NCBI GenBank assembly: GCA_038245195.1
Contig: JBBRSU010000001.1
Coordinates: 192,121-256,120 of the forward strand
From: Candidatus Saccharimonadales bacterium
Lineage (GTDB): Bacteria; Patescibacteriota; Saccharimonadia; Saccharimonadales; UBA10212
Reading direction: 5' to 3'
Length of the DNA stretch: 64,000 bases
Part shown: positions 52,591 to 61,808 of the stretch, piece after piece
Layout of the letters: each line of letters begins with the position of its first letter
Numbering within the stretch: position 1 is the first letter of the stretch
Program-made: the position numbers and the translations under genes
Notes under the pieces: generated by a model
Database searches by the model: none
The model's input: the letters and a program-made list of their open reading frames with translations, nothing else
What the model was told of the DNA's origin: nothing

Positions 52591-53004
52591 CTATTGAGCC
52601 ACATTTATATTTACCATCCAGTTTATGCCGAATTTATCTACAAAATAACCGAATGAATCACCCCAGCTTTCGGTTTTGAGTGCTTGCTTGACTTGACCGC
52701 CAGCCGACAGCTTGTCGAAAGCAGTTGATAGTCGATCATGATCACTACCCGAGAGCGCGATTGCTACATTATCACCTACGGTTGCAGGATAATCTGGATG
52801 ACCATCTGAGCCCATGATAAGTAAACCATCTGAAGATACCAATCCGTGCATAATATGGTCATTTGGTCCAGCTTCTTTTGGCGGGCCCTTAGGATTCTCC
52901 GTCATTAAGGTAATCTCACCACCAAGAGCATCATGATAAAACTCTAATGCTTCACGTGCGTGGCCTTGAAAATTAATATACGGATTTGCATCTATTTTAC
53001 TCAT
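52591..53004 (-). CDS. VOC family protein (PhnB-like)
   Basis: YINFQGHAREALEFY...FVDKFGINWMV. Confidence 0.75.
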   Translation of the reverse strand: MSKIDANPYINFQGHAREALEFYHDALGGEITLMTENPKGPPKEAGPNDHIMHGLVSSDGLLIMGSDGHPDYPATVGDNVAIALSGSDHDRLSTAFDKLSAGGQVKQALKTESWGDSFGYFVDKFGINWMVNINVAQ

Positions 53005-53093
53005 TATGATCCCCCTAAACTTTGTTGTTATCCTGGCTCTATTATACAGTCACATAATTAAGAAGTACTCACATCTTTCAGTACAGACGGTAT

Positions 53094-53170
53094 TGGAGGG
53101 CCCACTGGGACTCGAACCCAGGACACGAGGCTTAAGAGGCCTCTGCTCTAACCAACTGAGCTATGGGCCC
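53094..53170 (-). tRNA. tRNA-Lys (CTT), CCA encoded
   Basis: Same backbone as tRNA-Lys(TTT) at 3215, with anticodon arm GAGGC-CTCTTAA-GCCTC. Confidence 0.92.
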
Positions 53171-53239
53171 GGGCTATAACATACAAACTTTAACAAACTA
53201 CCTCTGTTTTTACAATATTCTGCGGTACAATTACGAGGT

Positions 53240-54046
53240 ATGAAAATATTGAACGGCTCTGAGTTAGCCGGCTTTATAAAACAACGCCATTCCCAGCAGG
53301 TTGGAGCTTTGCTATCTAACAAGCTTCAACCTAAGTTAGCCATAGTCCAGGCCAAAGATGACCCTGTTATAAATACGTACGTTAGGCTTAAAAAACAATA
53401 TGGAGCAGACATTGGCGTTGAGGTTGAGGTTCATAAATTGGCCCAAACCGCGGTCCCGGAGATACTTAACAAGTTAAGTATCGATAAAACTGTGAATGGC
53501 ATTATTGTACAGCTACCGCTTGAGGATCCAAGCGAGACCGACAAAATTGTCAATTTGGTAGTTTCCAGCAAAGACGTCGATGCCTTGGGTAAAAAGTCGA
53601 AGTTTGAGCCAGCTACGCCAATGGCCATTTTGTGGTTGCTCAATGGTTATAATGTTGAGCTAAAAAATAAAAAAATCCTACTGATTGGGCGAGGAAAACT
53701 GGTAGGGGCTCCGCTAGAAAAGATACTAATCGCATCTGGGCATGAGGTGGAAGTAATTGACCGTGAAATCCCAGACCTTAAAACTAAAACCTTAAACGCC
53801 GATATTATTATCACAGCCACCGGCCGGCCGGCAATTCTCTACGCCGATATGATTAAGCACGGTGCAGTGGTGGTTGATGCCGGTGTGGCTAGCGAATCCG
53901 GCAAAACCGTTGGCGACCTCGACTCCGCAGTCTACCAACGCGATGATTTAACTATCACTCCCGAAAAGGGAGGTGTTGGTCCATTAACAGTCTGTGCCTT
54001 ATTCGAAAACGTCCTTCGGGCAGCCAGTGAGCTAAATCGTGGCTAG
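53240..54046 (+). CDS. folD: bifunctional methylenetetrahydrofolate dehydrogenase/cyclohydrolase
   Basis: GIIVQLPL, GRGKLVGAPL and PEKGGVGPLT. Confidence 0.95.
   Translation: MKILNGSELAGFIKQRHSQQVGALLSNKLQPKLAIVQAKDDPVINTYVRLKKQYGADIGVEVEVHKLAQTAVPEILNKLSIDKTVNGIIVQLPLEDPSETDKIVNLVVSSKDVDALGKKSKFEPATPMAILWLLNGYNVELKNKKILLIGRGKLVGAPLEKILIASGHEVEVIDREIPDLKTKTLNADIIITATGRPAILYADMIKHGAVVVDAGVASESGKTVGDLDSAVYQRDDLTITPEKGGVGPLTVCALFENVLRAASELNRG
53461..53482. repeat. palindrome family copy F (GATACTTAAC-AA-GTTAAGTATC) inside folD
   Basis: 10-bp arms. The outermost pair is G/C instead of A/T, so pairing is kept. Confidence 0.8.
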
Positions 54047-54590
54047 ACAGACTGCCTTAGAAAGAGAGATTTTAGCTACCGGGGCTCTACATCATGGCGA
54101 TTTTACAGCCGCTAATGGCGAAAACGGCAACTTAAAAGTGGATTTAGATAGTTTACTAAATGATGAGCAGCACCAGCAGCTTCGGGCCAGGGTAGTTGCT
54201 AAACTTGCCGATGAGCTAAGTGATTTTGATCCCCAGATAATTATTCCCATGCCAGAGGGTGCTAATAGTTTAGGACTTAGTCTGGCCAAGGCTTTAGGTT
54301 CGCGGGCTGTGATGATGCTTTGGAAAGACAAGCAAAATGGCATATTAGCTTACGCCGACCAGCACCATAGAATTGCCGTCTGTTTGGCCGAGCGTATAGC
54401 ACTGGTCGATGATGTTTATCGAACCGGTAGTACTTTCGATAATGCCATTATTCATGCCGAACTGTCTAACAAACAGCTGATTGGCGGTGCAGTTTACGAT
54501 AGAAGCAACCCCAGAACGGTTCAATCTAGTTTCCCAATTCACTCGGTGGTTAAGCGTTTTATGCCAATATATATTGAGCCAGAATCGTGA
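54039..54590 (+). CDS. phosphoribosyltransferase-family protein (PyrE-like)
   Basis: PRPP-binding loop VALVDDVYRTGST. Confidence 0.65.
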   Translation: MARQTALEREILATGALHHGDFTAANGENGNLKVDLDSLLNDEQHQQLRARVVAKLADELSDFDPQIIIPMPEGANSLGLSLAKALGSRAVMMLWKDKQNGILAYADQHHRIAVCLAERIALVDDVYRTGSTFDNAIIHAELSNKQLIGGAVYDRSNPRTVQSSFPIHSVVKRFMPIYIEPES

Positions 54591-55234
54591 AAATCGGTGT
54601 TTTCGATAGCGGGGTTGGCGGATTATCTGTAATTAATGCCATCAAAAAAGAATTACCTCAGCTAGAAATTATTTATAAGGACGATAAAGTCCATTTACCC
54701 TATGGTTCGCGTACTGTTAAAGAAATTCACGGCTTCGTAAAACCAATTTTTCAGCAATTTATGAATGAGGGCTGCCAAGTTATCGTAATCGCCTGTAATA
54801 CCGTTACAACCAACCTAATTGAGTCATTAAGACAAGAATTTGATGTACCGATGGTGGGCATGGAACCGGCCATTAAACCAGCGGCCGAGGCTACTCGATC
54901 GGGGATAATCACAGTTTGTGCAACTCCAAGAACCTTAGCCAGTAAACGCTACGCATGGCTAAAATATCAGTTCGCCAGAAATCTTGAAGTACTAGAACCA
55001 GATTGTAGCGACTGGGCTCTAATGATTGAGAATAACGAACTGGAGCGCGAAAAAATCGCAAAAACCATAAACGATGTTTGCCAGCAGGGGGCCGACCAAA
55101 TTGTCTTAGGTTGCACCCACTATCACTGGATTGAGGGTTTAATTCTACAAGCTTCCGAAGGTCGGGCAACAGTTATTCAACCAGAGCAGCCAGTTATAAC
55201 ACAACTTAAGACAGTGCTAACACAGATTTCTTGA
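54587..55234 (+). CDS. murI: glutamate racemase (short form)
   Basis: GVFDSGVGGLSV, VIACNT and LGCTHY. Confidence 0.88.
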   Translation: MKIGVFDSGVGGLSVINAIKKELPQLEIIYKDDKVHLPYGSRTVKEIHGFVKPIFQQFMNEGCQVIVIACNTVTTNLIESLRQEFDVPMVGMEPAIKPAAEATRSGIITVCATPRTLASKRYAWLKYQFARNLEVLEPDCSDWALMIENNELEREKIAKTINDVCQQGADQIVLGCTHYHWIEGLILQASEGRATVIQPEQPVITQLKTVLTQIS

Positions 55235-56567
55235 ACTGGTCACCACGGTCTTTATAATCTTTGAATAACCCAAAGCTAGAAGTCCCGCAAGACAGTAAAA
55301 CAGCGTCACCGGGCTGAGCTTTGGCTTCGGCTTCGGCGACAATTGCCGACATCGTCTCTAGCCCTTCAGTAACTGCCGTAAATCGCTTAACCCGCAACAT
55401 CTCGGCTAGCATGGGCCCTATGGCACCTATAGCAATCACATGCCTCACTCGGTCTTCCATAGCTATTTCGTTTATCAGTTCTGTATAATCTAAGCCTTTA
55501 TCGTGACCGCCCAAAATTAAGACCACCGGTTCAATTAAGGTCTTCAGCCCGACAATTACTGTATCCGGAGTTGTCCCAAATGAATCATCGTAATATTTAA
55601 CAGAGTTTAGTTCTCGTACAAACTCCAGGCGGTGCTCTAAACCCGTAAAACTGCCAAGAACTTGCTGCATAGCTTTTACGTCTTGGGTAATCTGCCAAAC
55701 TGCTGTTAATGCCGCACAAACATTCTGGAGATTGTGCTCACCAAGTAGCTTAATATCATATCTAGATATAATCTCAATCTCATCCTCGCCAATCACAATT
55801 CTGCCATCAGGCCGAACAAAGGCTCCCGGTTCTTCGAAATACGGAATTTTCTGGCCAGCCGAAAAACCGGCAATCTCCATAGAATATTGATCTTCAGGAA
55901 AATAAATAGCGATATCATTTTTGGTTTGATGAATGAATAGGTTGGCCTTGGCTTTCACGTAATCCTGCATAGTTTGATGCCACTCAAGGTGCTCGGGCGT
56001 TATCATAAGGCAAACGGCGATATGGGGGCTATATGTTAAGTTGTATAGTTGAAAATTTGACAGTTCCAATACAACCCAGTCGTCAGCTTGGACTTGATTG
56101 ATAAAATCTAGTGGGCTATTACCGATGTTTCCACCTAAAAAAACGGTTTTGCCGGCGGCTTGTAGCATCATATAGATTAAGCTCGAGGTTGTGCCTTTGC
56201 CCTTAGTGCCGGTAACCCCAATTATGTTTTTGGTTTTTACATCCTCGAAAAAGATGTGTTGAGTGGTGGTGGCTTTTGTCCAAAAGGCTTTATCATCACC
56301 AAAAATCTTTTCTAAATTCTTCGCCGCCGCAATCGTATAGATAATTCGGTCACAGTCTTTAATGCCTTCTAAGTAGCTTAAATCGGCAACATTACCGGTC
56401 AGACCTGGTTTTCTTTCGGATTTTATATATTGAATCTTTAGTCTATTGCTCTCGGGTGGAAAATCGTTTCTTGGCTCTTCATTAACAATCAGATAATCAT
56501 TATCCGGCCCAAAGTATTTATAAGCGCTTTGGCCTTCGACCCCCCAGCCAACAATCCCGATCTTCAT
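55206..56567 (-). CDS. murD: UDP-N-acetylmuramoylalanine--D-glutamate ligase
   Basis: GVTGTKGKGTTSS. Mur ligase middle and C-terminal domains. Confidence 0.92.
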   Translation of the reverse strand: MKIGIVGWGVEGQSAYKYFGPDNDYLIVNEEPRNDFPPESNRLKIQYIKSERKPGLTGNVADLSYLEGIKDCDRIIYTIAAAKNLEKIFGDDKAFWTKATTTQHIFFEDVKTKNIIGVTGTKGKGTTSSLIYMMLQAAGKTVFLGGNIGNSPLDFINQVQADDWVVLELSNFQLYNLTYSPHIAVCLMITPEHLEWHQTMQDYVKAKANLFIHQTKNDIAIYFPEDQYSMEIAGFSAGQKIPYFEEPGAFVRPDGRIVIGEDEIEIISRYDIKLLGEHNLQNVCAALTAVWQITQDVKAMQQVLGSFTGLEHRLEFVRELNSVKYYDDSFGTTPDTVIVGLKTLIEPVVLILGGHDKGLDYTELINEIAMEDRVRHVIAIGAIGPMLAEMLRVKRFTAVTEGLETMSAIVAEAEAKAQPGDAVLLSCGTSSFGLFKDYKDRGDQFKKSVLALS

Positions 56568-56575
56568 AGGCTATC

Positions 56576-56947
56576 TTAGGCGGTTGCCAATTCTTTTTTG
56601 GCCAGCTCGGAAACTTGCTTAGGCGTCATCTCGGCTTTAACAATAAAGGCTTTAACATCTAAAGATTTGAGTTTGTCGGGGGCTTCTTGCTCTCCAACGT
56701 TTGTTAAGATAATAACTTTAATGGCTTTACCCCAATCGGTGCCGCGCATTTTTTCCAGCATCTCGTCGCCGTTCATCTCTGGCATCATCAAATCAAGTAA
56801 TACTAGGTCGGGCTTCATCTGCTCGCACAAAGCTAAGCCCAATTTGCCGTTCTCGGCAATATCAACATGAAAGCCCTCGGCCTCAAATTTCATACGGTAC
56901 ATCTGGGCAATGGCTAGGTCGTCTTCAACAATCGCAATCTTAGGCAT
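56576..56947 (-). CDS. single-domain response regulator (receiver only)
   Basis: IVEDD...DLVLLDLMMPEMNG...K at the expected spacing. Confidence 0.85.
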   Translation of the reverse strand: MPKIAIVEDDLAIAQMYRMKFEAEGFHVDIAENGKLGLALCEQMKPDLVLLDLMMPEMNGDEMLEKMRGTDWGKAIKVIILTNVGEQEAPDKLKSLDVKAFIVKAEMTPKQVSELAKKELATA

Positions 56948-56981
56948 TTGATTAGATATTACACGAGAAAATGCTTAAACG

Positions 56982-58124
56982 CTAGGGATTAGGGATGTGG
57001 TCCAGCAAGATTTTAACAGATTCATTGACACGCTCAAGGCCGGTTTTAAGACTGTCAATATTACCGGCAAATGAAACGCGGATATAATCACTTGCAGTTG
57101 AGAAAGCGCTACCTGGCAAGACAATAACACCGCGATGAGATAATTGATTAACCACTTTAACATCCTCTAAGCCTCGAGGTAGCTTCAGAAAAAGATAAAA
57201 GGCACCTTGGCCGCCCTGAATCTCTTTAAACACAGGTGAAAGTATTTTTACCGCCAAGTCGCGTTTGGCTTTGTATTTATCGGTTAAGTGGGTAGGGGGT
57301 TGTTTTAAAGCTTCTAGGGCTGCGTATTGAGCGATTGATGATGATGAGAAAACTACATATTGCTGGAGTTGATTGATAGCTTCGATGATGTCGCCTGGTC
57401 CACCTATATAACCTACTCGCCAGCCGGTCATGGCATAAGCTTTGGAAAAACCGTTTAGGGTTAGCGTAGCTTCATAAATACTTCCAATACTAAAGTGCGG
57501 ATTATCATACGAAAAATATTCGTAAATTTCATCCGAAATGATAATTAGATTGTGCTCTCTGGCTAATTGGGCGATTTTGCGGAGTTCGGCCTCATCGTAC
57601 ACGGCTCCAGTCGGGTTGTTTGGCGAATTTACGACAATGGCCTTTGTTTGTCCGCTAATTTTTTGGCGAATTGCGTCGGCCGTTAACTGAAAGTTGGGGA
57701 AAGTACTCAACGGAACCGGAGTTCCACCGGCAAGTTTGACCAGCTCATAGTAGGGTGGGAACAGAGGTTGGGGAACAATAACTTCGTCGCCAGGGTTAAT
57801 TATGGCAAGGTAACACAGCAAGATAGCCGTTGTCAGTCCCGGCGTAATACTGATGCTAGTTGCCTCCAGACGGATATTATTTTCGTCTATTAGCTTCTTG
57901 GCCACGGCCTCCCTTAGCTCCGCCAGACCATTTGTCGGCAGGTATCGGGTGTGATTTGCCTCTATCGACTGAATCCCGGCACGCTTGATATTGTCAGGGG
58001 TATTTTCTTCGGGGAAGCCGATGCTTAGATCAATTTGATCAGGTATTTCTTTTGCCAATTCGAAGGCTAGTCGGATTTTCCCGCTATCGAAATCATCTAA
58101 TCTATGTGCAATTCTATCGGACAT
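56982..58124 (-). CDS. class I/II pyridoxal-phosphate aminotransferase
   Basis: NSPNNPTGAVY and FSKAYAMTGWRVGY (PLP Lys). Confidence 0.88.
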   Translation of the reverse strand: MSDRIAHRLDDFDSGKIRLAFELAKEIPDQIDLSIGFPEENTPDNIKRAGIQSIEANHTRYLPTNGLAELREAVAKKLIDENNIRLEATSISITPGLTTAILLCYLAIINPGDEVIVPQPLFPPYYELVKLAGGTPVPLSTFPNFQLTADAIRQKISGQTKAIVVNSPNNPTGAVYDEAELRKIAQLAREHNLIIISDEIYEYFSYDNPHFSIGSIYEATLTLNGFSKAYAMTGWRVGYIGGPGDIIEAINQLQQYVVFSSSSIAQYAALEALKQPPTHLTDKYKAKRDLAVKILSPVFKEIQGGQGAFYLFLKLPRGLEDVKVVNQLSHRGVIVLPGSAFSTASDYIRVSFAGNIDSLKTGLERVNESVKILLDHIPNP

Positions 58125-58200
58125 GTTTATTTTACTGCCGTAGACCTACGATACAACCAAAAACTTCTTAAGACAATATCTATCTGATATATTTGTGTCT

Positions 58201-59307
58201 ATGATGCATAAAAAAATAAACAGTGACCAAATTCTTGAATTAAAAACACAGCACCCAGAAATGACCATTGATGACAGGGTGGATCTAGCGGTTGATGAGC
58301 TGTTTGATATAGCTTATCCTGCCAAGAAAGACTCCAAAACCGAGCCCGAAGTTGAAGATTACAGATCCACACTTTTCGCCGAACCAAACGAGTGGGGCGA
58401 ATGGTTTTACTACCCATGGCTGAATAAACTCGTGCACTTTCCGCCCAAGGCAGAATTGCGAGCTCTTCGTACCTCTCGAAACCGGAATCTTATAAATGCC
58501 GAAGAGCAAGCAAAGCTCTATAACTCGACAATTTTAATTATCGGGATGAGTGTCGGTAGTAATGTAGTTGAGGCACTGGTAGGCCAGGGGATCGGCAGTA
58601 AATTAGTGTTGGTTGATATGGATATTTTGGAGCCCAGCAATCTCAATCGGATTCGCTCGCCATACCATCACATAGGTCTGCACAAAGTTGAGGCAATTTC
58701 CCGGAAAGTCTGGGAGAACGACCCTTATATTGAAATTGTGGCTGAGCATAATGGTTTGAAAGACGATAATATCTCCGGACTAATAAAAGATAACCGAGTC
58801 AATGTAATTGTCGACGAGATGGATGATTTACGTATGAAGATACTCCTACGCGAGGCCGCCAAAGAAAATCACCTGCCGGTGGTTATGGCCGCTGACGACG
58901 GCGACGGAGCCCTGATAGACGTCGAGAGATATGACCTTAAGCCGGAAACACCCATTTTCATGGGCCAGATACCCGTTGATGTGCTTGAGCGAATTACGGC
59001 CGGCGGCATTCCCAGGGCTGAACTCGGTAAAATGATTGGCCAGTATTTCATTGGGATAGAGAATATCCCAGTCCGCATGTTTCAATCATTGGCTGAAGTC
59101 GGTAAGAGTTTGCCCAGCTGGCCGCAACTTGGTGGAGCAGCGACTTTAGCCGGCGTTAGCCTTGCCTTTTGTATCCGACGAATCATCCTGGACCAGCCGC
59201 TTAAAGACGGCCGCACACTCATTTCTCTAGAAGAAAAACTTGACGCGGGTTATGGTAAACCGGAGCAACAGGCTGAACTGGAGCATTATCGTCAAATGAT
59301 GAAATAA
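58201..59307 (+). CDS. ThiF/MoeB/HesA-family E1-like adenylyltransferase with ~100-aa N-terminal extension (Rv1355c N-domain-like)
   Basis: Rossmann/ATP loop ILIIGMSVGSNVVEAL..LVLVDMDILEPSNLNR. The GTG at 58195 is an alternative start. Confidence 0.72.
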   Translation: MMHKKINSDQILELKTQHPEMTIDDRVDLAVDELFDIAYPAKKDSKTEPEVEDYRSTLFAEPNEWGEWFYYPWLNKLVHFPPKAELRALRTSRNRNLINAEEQAKLYNSTILIIGMSVGSNVVEALVGQGIGSKLVLVDMDILEPSNLNRIRSPYHHIGLHKVEAISRKVWENDPYIEIVAEHNGLKDDNISGLIKDNRVNVIVDEMDDLRMKILLREAAKENHLPVVMAADDGDGALIDVERYDLKPETPIFMGQIPVDVLERITAGGIPRAELGKMIGQYFIGIENIPVRMFQSLAEVGKSLPSWPQLGGAATLAGVSLAFCIRRIILDQPLKDGRTLISLEEKLDAGYGKPEQQAELEHYRQMMK

Positions 59308-59311
59308 CCTA

Positions 59312-60820
59312 ATGCAAAATAAATACCTTAACGACCCGATTAAATTTCAGAAAGCCTTAAAACGAAAGCCAGAAAAATATTGGTTACGAAGAGGTGAAAA
59401 AATGGCCTTGGGGTTATTTCAGCAGATGTCTCTGAGGGTGCCGGCCTACCAGGATTTCTTAGCAAAAAATAACTTCGACCCAAAAAGTGTTAAGCAGCTA
59501 ACAGACTTTAAAAAAATTCCCAAGGTCGACAAGGATAATTATTTGAGGGCTTACCCATTGAATCAGTTGTGCTGGGATGGGGTTTTTGACGGCCGACCGT
59601 GGGTCATTAGCTCTACCTCCGGATCCACCGGCGAGCCCTTCTACTTTCCTCGGGGCAGCATGCAGGATGAGTTTTACGCAGTTACGGCCGAGATTTACTT
59701 GAGGGAAAATTTTCAGATTGATAAAAAAACTACACTTTACGTTGACGCCTTTGCCATGGGTGCCTGGATTGGAGGTGTATTCACCTATGAAGCCATTAAC
59801 CGGGTTGCTCGTAAAGGCTACCCTTTAAGTATCATTACCCCTGGGATTAATAAAGCTGAAGTAATAAGCGGCATTAAAAGGCTCGGACCGAGTTTTGACC
59901 AAGTGATTATCGGCTGTTACCCACCAATTCTCAAGGATATTATCGACCTAGGGATAGAAGAGGGCCTCGATTGGGCTAAATATAATTTGGGAATAGTATT
60001 CTCTGCGGAGGGTTTCAGCGAAGATTTTCGTGATTATATTATCCAGAAAGCATCACTGACCAATACTTTCACTTCGACGCTTAATCATTACGGTACGGTG
60101 GACCTTGGGACTATGAGTCATGAGACTGCTTTATCGATATTTATAAGGCGACAGGCAGTTACCAAACAGCCCCTTTTCAACGATTTGTTTAGTGGAGTTA
60201 AAAAACAACCAACGTTAACCCAGTACATACCAGAAATGTTCTATTTCGAGGAAGAGAACGGCCAGTTGCTTTGTTCAAGTCACAGCGGCCTGCCACTGGT
60301 TCGTTATGATTTGAAGGATTTAGGTGGCATGCTGACAATGGCCGAAGCTGAAAAGACCTACAGAAAACATGACCTAAATTTATTAAAGGAGGCTAAAGCT
60401 GCCGGAATAGCCCAGCATACCTGGAATTTACCATTTGTTTATTTATCAGAGCGCAAAGACTTTTCTGTCACTTTAATTGGGGGAAACATCTATCCCGAAG
60501 AAATACGAAAAGCCCTCCTGAATAAGCGACTTCATAATTTAGCTACCGGTAAATTTTCCATGGAAATAGTCAGCAATAAGCGGATGGACAATAAGTTAGT
60601 CGTCCATGTAGAGTTGCGAAAGGATGTAAAATCAGCCTCCGAAATACGTAAAATCGTCACCCAATCAATAGTCGAAGTGTTGTTGAGGGAAAACTCGGAG
60701 TATCTAAGTAACTATTCTGTTTATGGACGTAAATTGTGGCCACAAATTAAGCTTTGGCCGAATGACCATCCGCTTCATTTTTCCGGCCGCGGCAAGCATA
60801 AATGGGTAGTTAAGAAGTAG
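59312..60820 (+). CDS. adenylate-forming enzyme of the phenylacetate-CoA ligase / F390 synthetase (PaaK/CapK-like) family
   Basis: AMP-binding loop SSTSGSTGEPFYFPR. 502 aa. Confidence 0.72.
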   Translation: MQNKYLNDPIKFQKALKRKPEKYWLRRGEKMALGLFQQMSLRVPAYQDFLAKNNFDPKSVKQLTDFKKIPKVDKDNYLRAYPLNQLCWDGVFDGRPWVISSTSGSTGEPFYFPRGSMQDEFYAVTAEIYLRENFQIDKKTTLYVDAFAMGAWIGGVFTYEAINRVARKGYPLSIITPGINKAEVISGIKRLGPSFDQVIIGCYPPILKDIIDLGIEEGLDWAKYNLGIVFSAEGFSEDFRDYIIQKASLTNTFTSTLNHYGTVDLGTMSHETALSIFIRRQAVTKQPLFNDLFSGVKKQPTLTQYIPEMFYFEEENGQLLCSSHSGLPLVRYDLKDLGGMLTMAEAEKTYRKHDLNLLKEAKAAGIAQHTWNLPFVYLSERKDFSVTLIGGNIYPEEIRKALLNKRLHNLATGKFSMEIVSNKRMDNKLVVHVELRKDVKSASEIRKIVTQSIVEVLLRENSEYLSNYSVYGRKLWPQIKLWPNDHPLHFSGRGKHKWVVKK

Positions 60821-61775
60821 TTATTATATCTTTTAGGGAACGCCTTGGCGAAGGTCGCGCCATTTTTTTGGCATAGCCAAGCCTTAGAAGGACAACCGGC
60901 GGATTTTTAATTTTCAATTTAGACATAATTTCAGATGTAATTTTATTATCTACCACGGCGGCACTGTAAGCTGCGGAGCTAATATCCATCATTTGGGCTT
61001 CGATACATAATTTCTGGTATAGCCTGCCGGCGTCAAGCCAGTTTCGCGGCCGTTGGTCTGGTAATGTTATAAGAGTTACTGCCGCGGAATTAAGAACACT
61101 CTTTGCGTCTTTCTTGGCTTGGCCGTCGGCAACTTTAGGGTTTTTTCTTATGATAGTCTTGGCCATCAGGCTGACAGGGCCAGGGATCCCCTGAACATAT
61201 GCCGGCATGCCATCGGCCTGTCGAGTCCAGTTGTGGCGGACCCAAGTGGATAGTTCTTCCCGGAACTCGTGGCGCCGCATGGCTCTTAATGTCGCCTCGC
61301 GGGTCGCTTCGCTCAGGAATTTAACTTCTTCTTCTTTGGTATATATCTCCAATGTGGCCGTACCGCTGGTGAGTTTCTTCAGGCGAGCCAGCTCATCCTT
61401 TAATATAGGTTGATTAAGGAAATTACGTCGGTTAGAGCGCCGTTTGCGTATAGCCTCGCCCAGTTTTGGCTCGGGCTTGCTGGCTTTGGTGAATATTAAT
61501 TTTGCCACACCTTCGGGGCCATCCCCGATAAATAAACTTGTCATCTTATAACCCAGGCTCTGAGCGGCTACCGCCGCGGTCTGCATAAAGCACCCAAGGC
61601 TGATAAACAGCTCCCGCATATTCGGGTCGCCAACTTTTAGGTGACGTTCTGGCTCATAGCCGACTATTACATAATTATTTTTGACCGATAACCTCCAGGG
61701 CTGAGTATTATGGCTAGATGGCGCTAATCGTGCCAAATCCATAATTTTCATAATATATTCTCCGTCTTTTACCAT
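60810..61775 (-). CDS. Acg-type two-domain nitroreductase-fold FMN oxidoreductase
   Basis: APSSHNTQPWR. The internal ATG at 61775 has SD AAGAAAGGG. The track ORF extending to 61892 would overlap the histidine kinase gene. Confidence 0.7.
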   Translation of the reverse strand: MVKDGEYIMKIMDLARLAPSSHNTQPWRLSVKNNYVIVGYEPERHLKVGDPNMRELFISLGCFMQTAAVAAQSLGYKMTSLFIGDGPEGVAKLIFTKASKPEPKLGEAIRKRRSNRRNFLNQPILKDELARLKKLTSGTATLEIYTKEEEVKFLSEATREATLRAMRRHEFREELSTWVRHNWTRQADGMPAYVQGIPGPVSLMAKTIIRKNPKVADGQAKKDAKSVLNSAAVTLITLPDQRPRNWLDAGRLYQKLCIEAQMMDISSAAYSAAVVDNKITSEIMSKLKIKNPPVVLLRLGYAKKMARPSPRRSLKDIITTS

Positions 61776-61808
61776 TGCCGGCCCTTTCTTTGTATAATTA
61801 AAACGATA

